This document shows, piece after piece, positions 63,337 to 64,000 of a stretch of 64,000 bases of DNA. Location: assembly GCA_030141605.1 (NCBI GenBank), contig JAQGDQ010001020.1:1-64000 (forward strand), read 5' to 3'. Origin of the DNA: Tubiluchus corallicola. Lineage: Eukaryota; Animalia; Priapulida. Position numbers and translations under genes: made by a program. Position 1 is the first letter of the stretch. The number at the start of each line of letters is the position of its first letter. The notes beneath the pieces were generated by a model. That model was given only the letters and a program-made list of their open reading frames with translations. It ran no database searches and was not told the DNA's origin.

Positions 63337-64000
63337 TGTCAGGCGCTGTCGTTAAACAGTAACACTAACCATTACTTTTTTAATTAAGTTGAGAAATGCA
63401 AATATTTGATGCAACACATCAGAAAGTCTGCACATCTGGTCTACAGTATCACGTCTCTGTTTCTTGCCACATAAGTATGAATTTCATATTATACCCATTC
63501 CTAGCAGCTGTCTTTGTGAATAGTTGTCATTAGCAATTATTATTTCTATTATAAAGCTGTTCATAATTGGTAACAGCAATTTACCATAATTGCCAGCATG
63601 GCGTTGGGAAATAGGAGTCAACATGATAGTCACTGTGGATCACTATAATCACACAGTCACTATGAACAATGAACTCTTTATCCATTGTTTGTCTTCTAGC
63701 TCACATACCAAGTACAGTGGCAATTGTGGAACAAATTCAACAGATCAAGAGACAAAATATAATTGTCATTATAATGTATATTTGGTTTATGAAAGTGCCA
63801 CTTATATTTGAAATAGGAACAGAAAGCTGCTATAGTAAACATTGAGATATCCTCATTCCACAGCTCTTGATCAACTACAATTTACACATGAAAAGATTGG
63901 ATTCTGGTATTGGTTTTCTTTAGTCATCGATAAGCACGTGCAATAAAGTTTGCTAGATTAACCGTTTAAAACAGAACTAGAGGACAGTTGTTCCTGCAAA

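Overview
AT-rich animal (probably invertebrate) nuclear DNA with three zones. (1) 1.1-10.8 kb: two truncated, degenerate Polinton/Maverick-type left ends. Each starts with AGTAGT and a shared GC-rich subterminal block, followed by a minus-strand C2H2 zinc-finger gene and a divergent protein-primed B-family DNA polymerase (pPolB) gene that appears to carry GT-AG introns. The second element abuts and cuts off the first element's pPolB. (2) ~12-33.4 kb: a diverged inverted duplication holding two convergent pentraxin-domain gene copies, in which the same exons were independently amplified into tandem arrays (about 200 bp and 82 bp units on +; about 620 bp and 42 bp units on -). LINE, hAT and Sola-like relics and a perfect 82-bp palindrome also lie here. 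(3) 39-64 kb: a tandem cluster of intronless, short rhodopsin-class GPCR genes (4 intact, 1 nonsense pseudogene, 2 N-terminal remnants) with almost no ECL2 and a CPLC motif in ECL3, interleaved with satellites, MITEs, Helitron-like elements, a 5S-derived sequence and (TA)n-bracketed inverted duplications. All calls come from reading the sequence by eye; no searches were run, and element boundaries and copy numbers are approximate.
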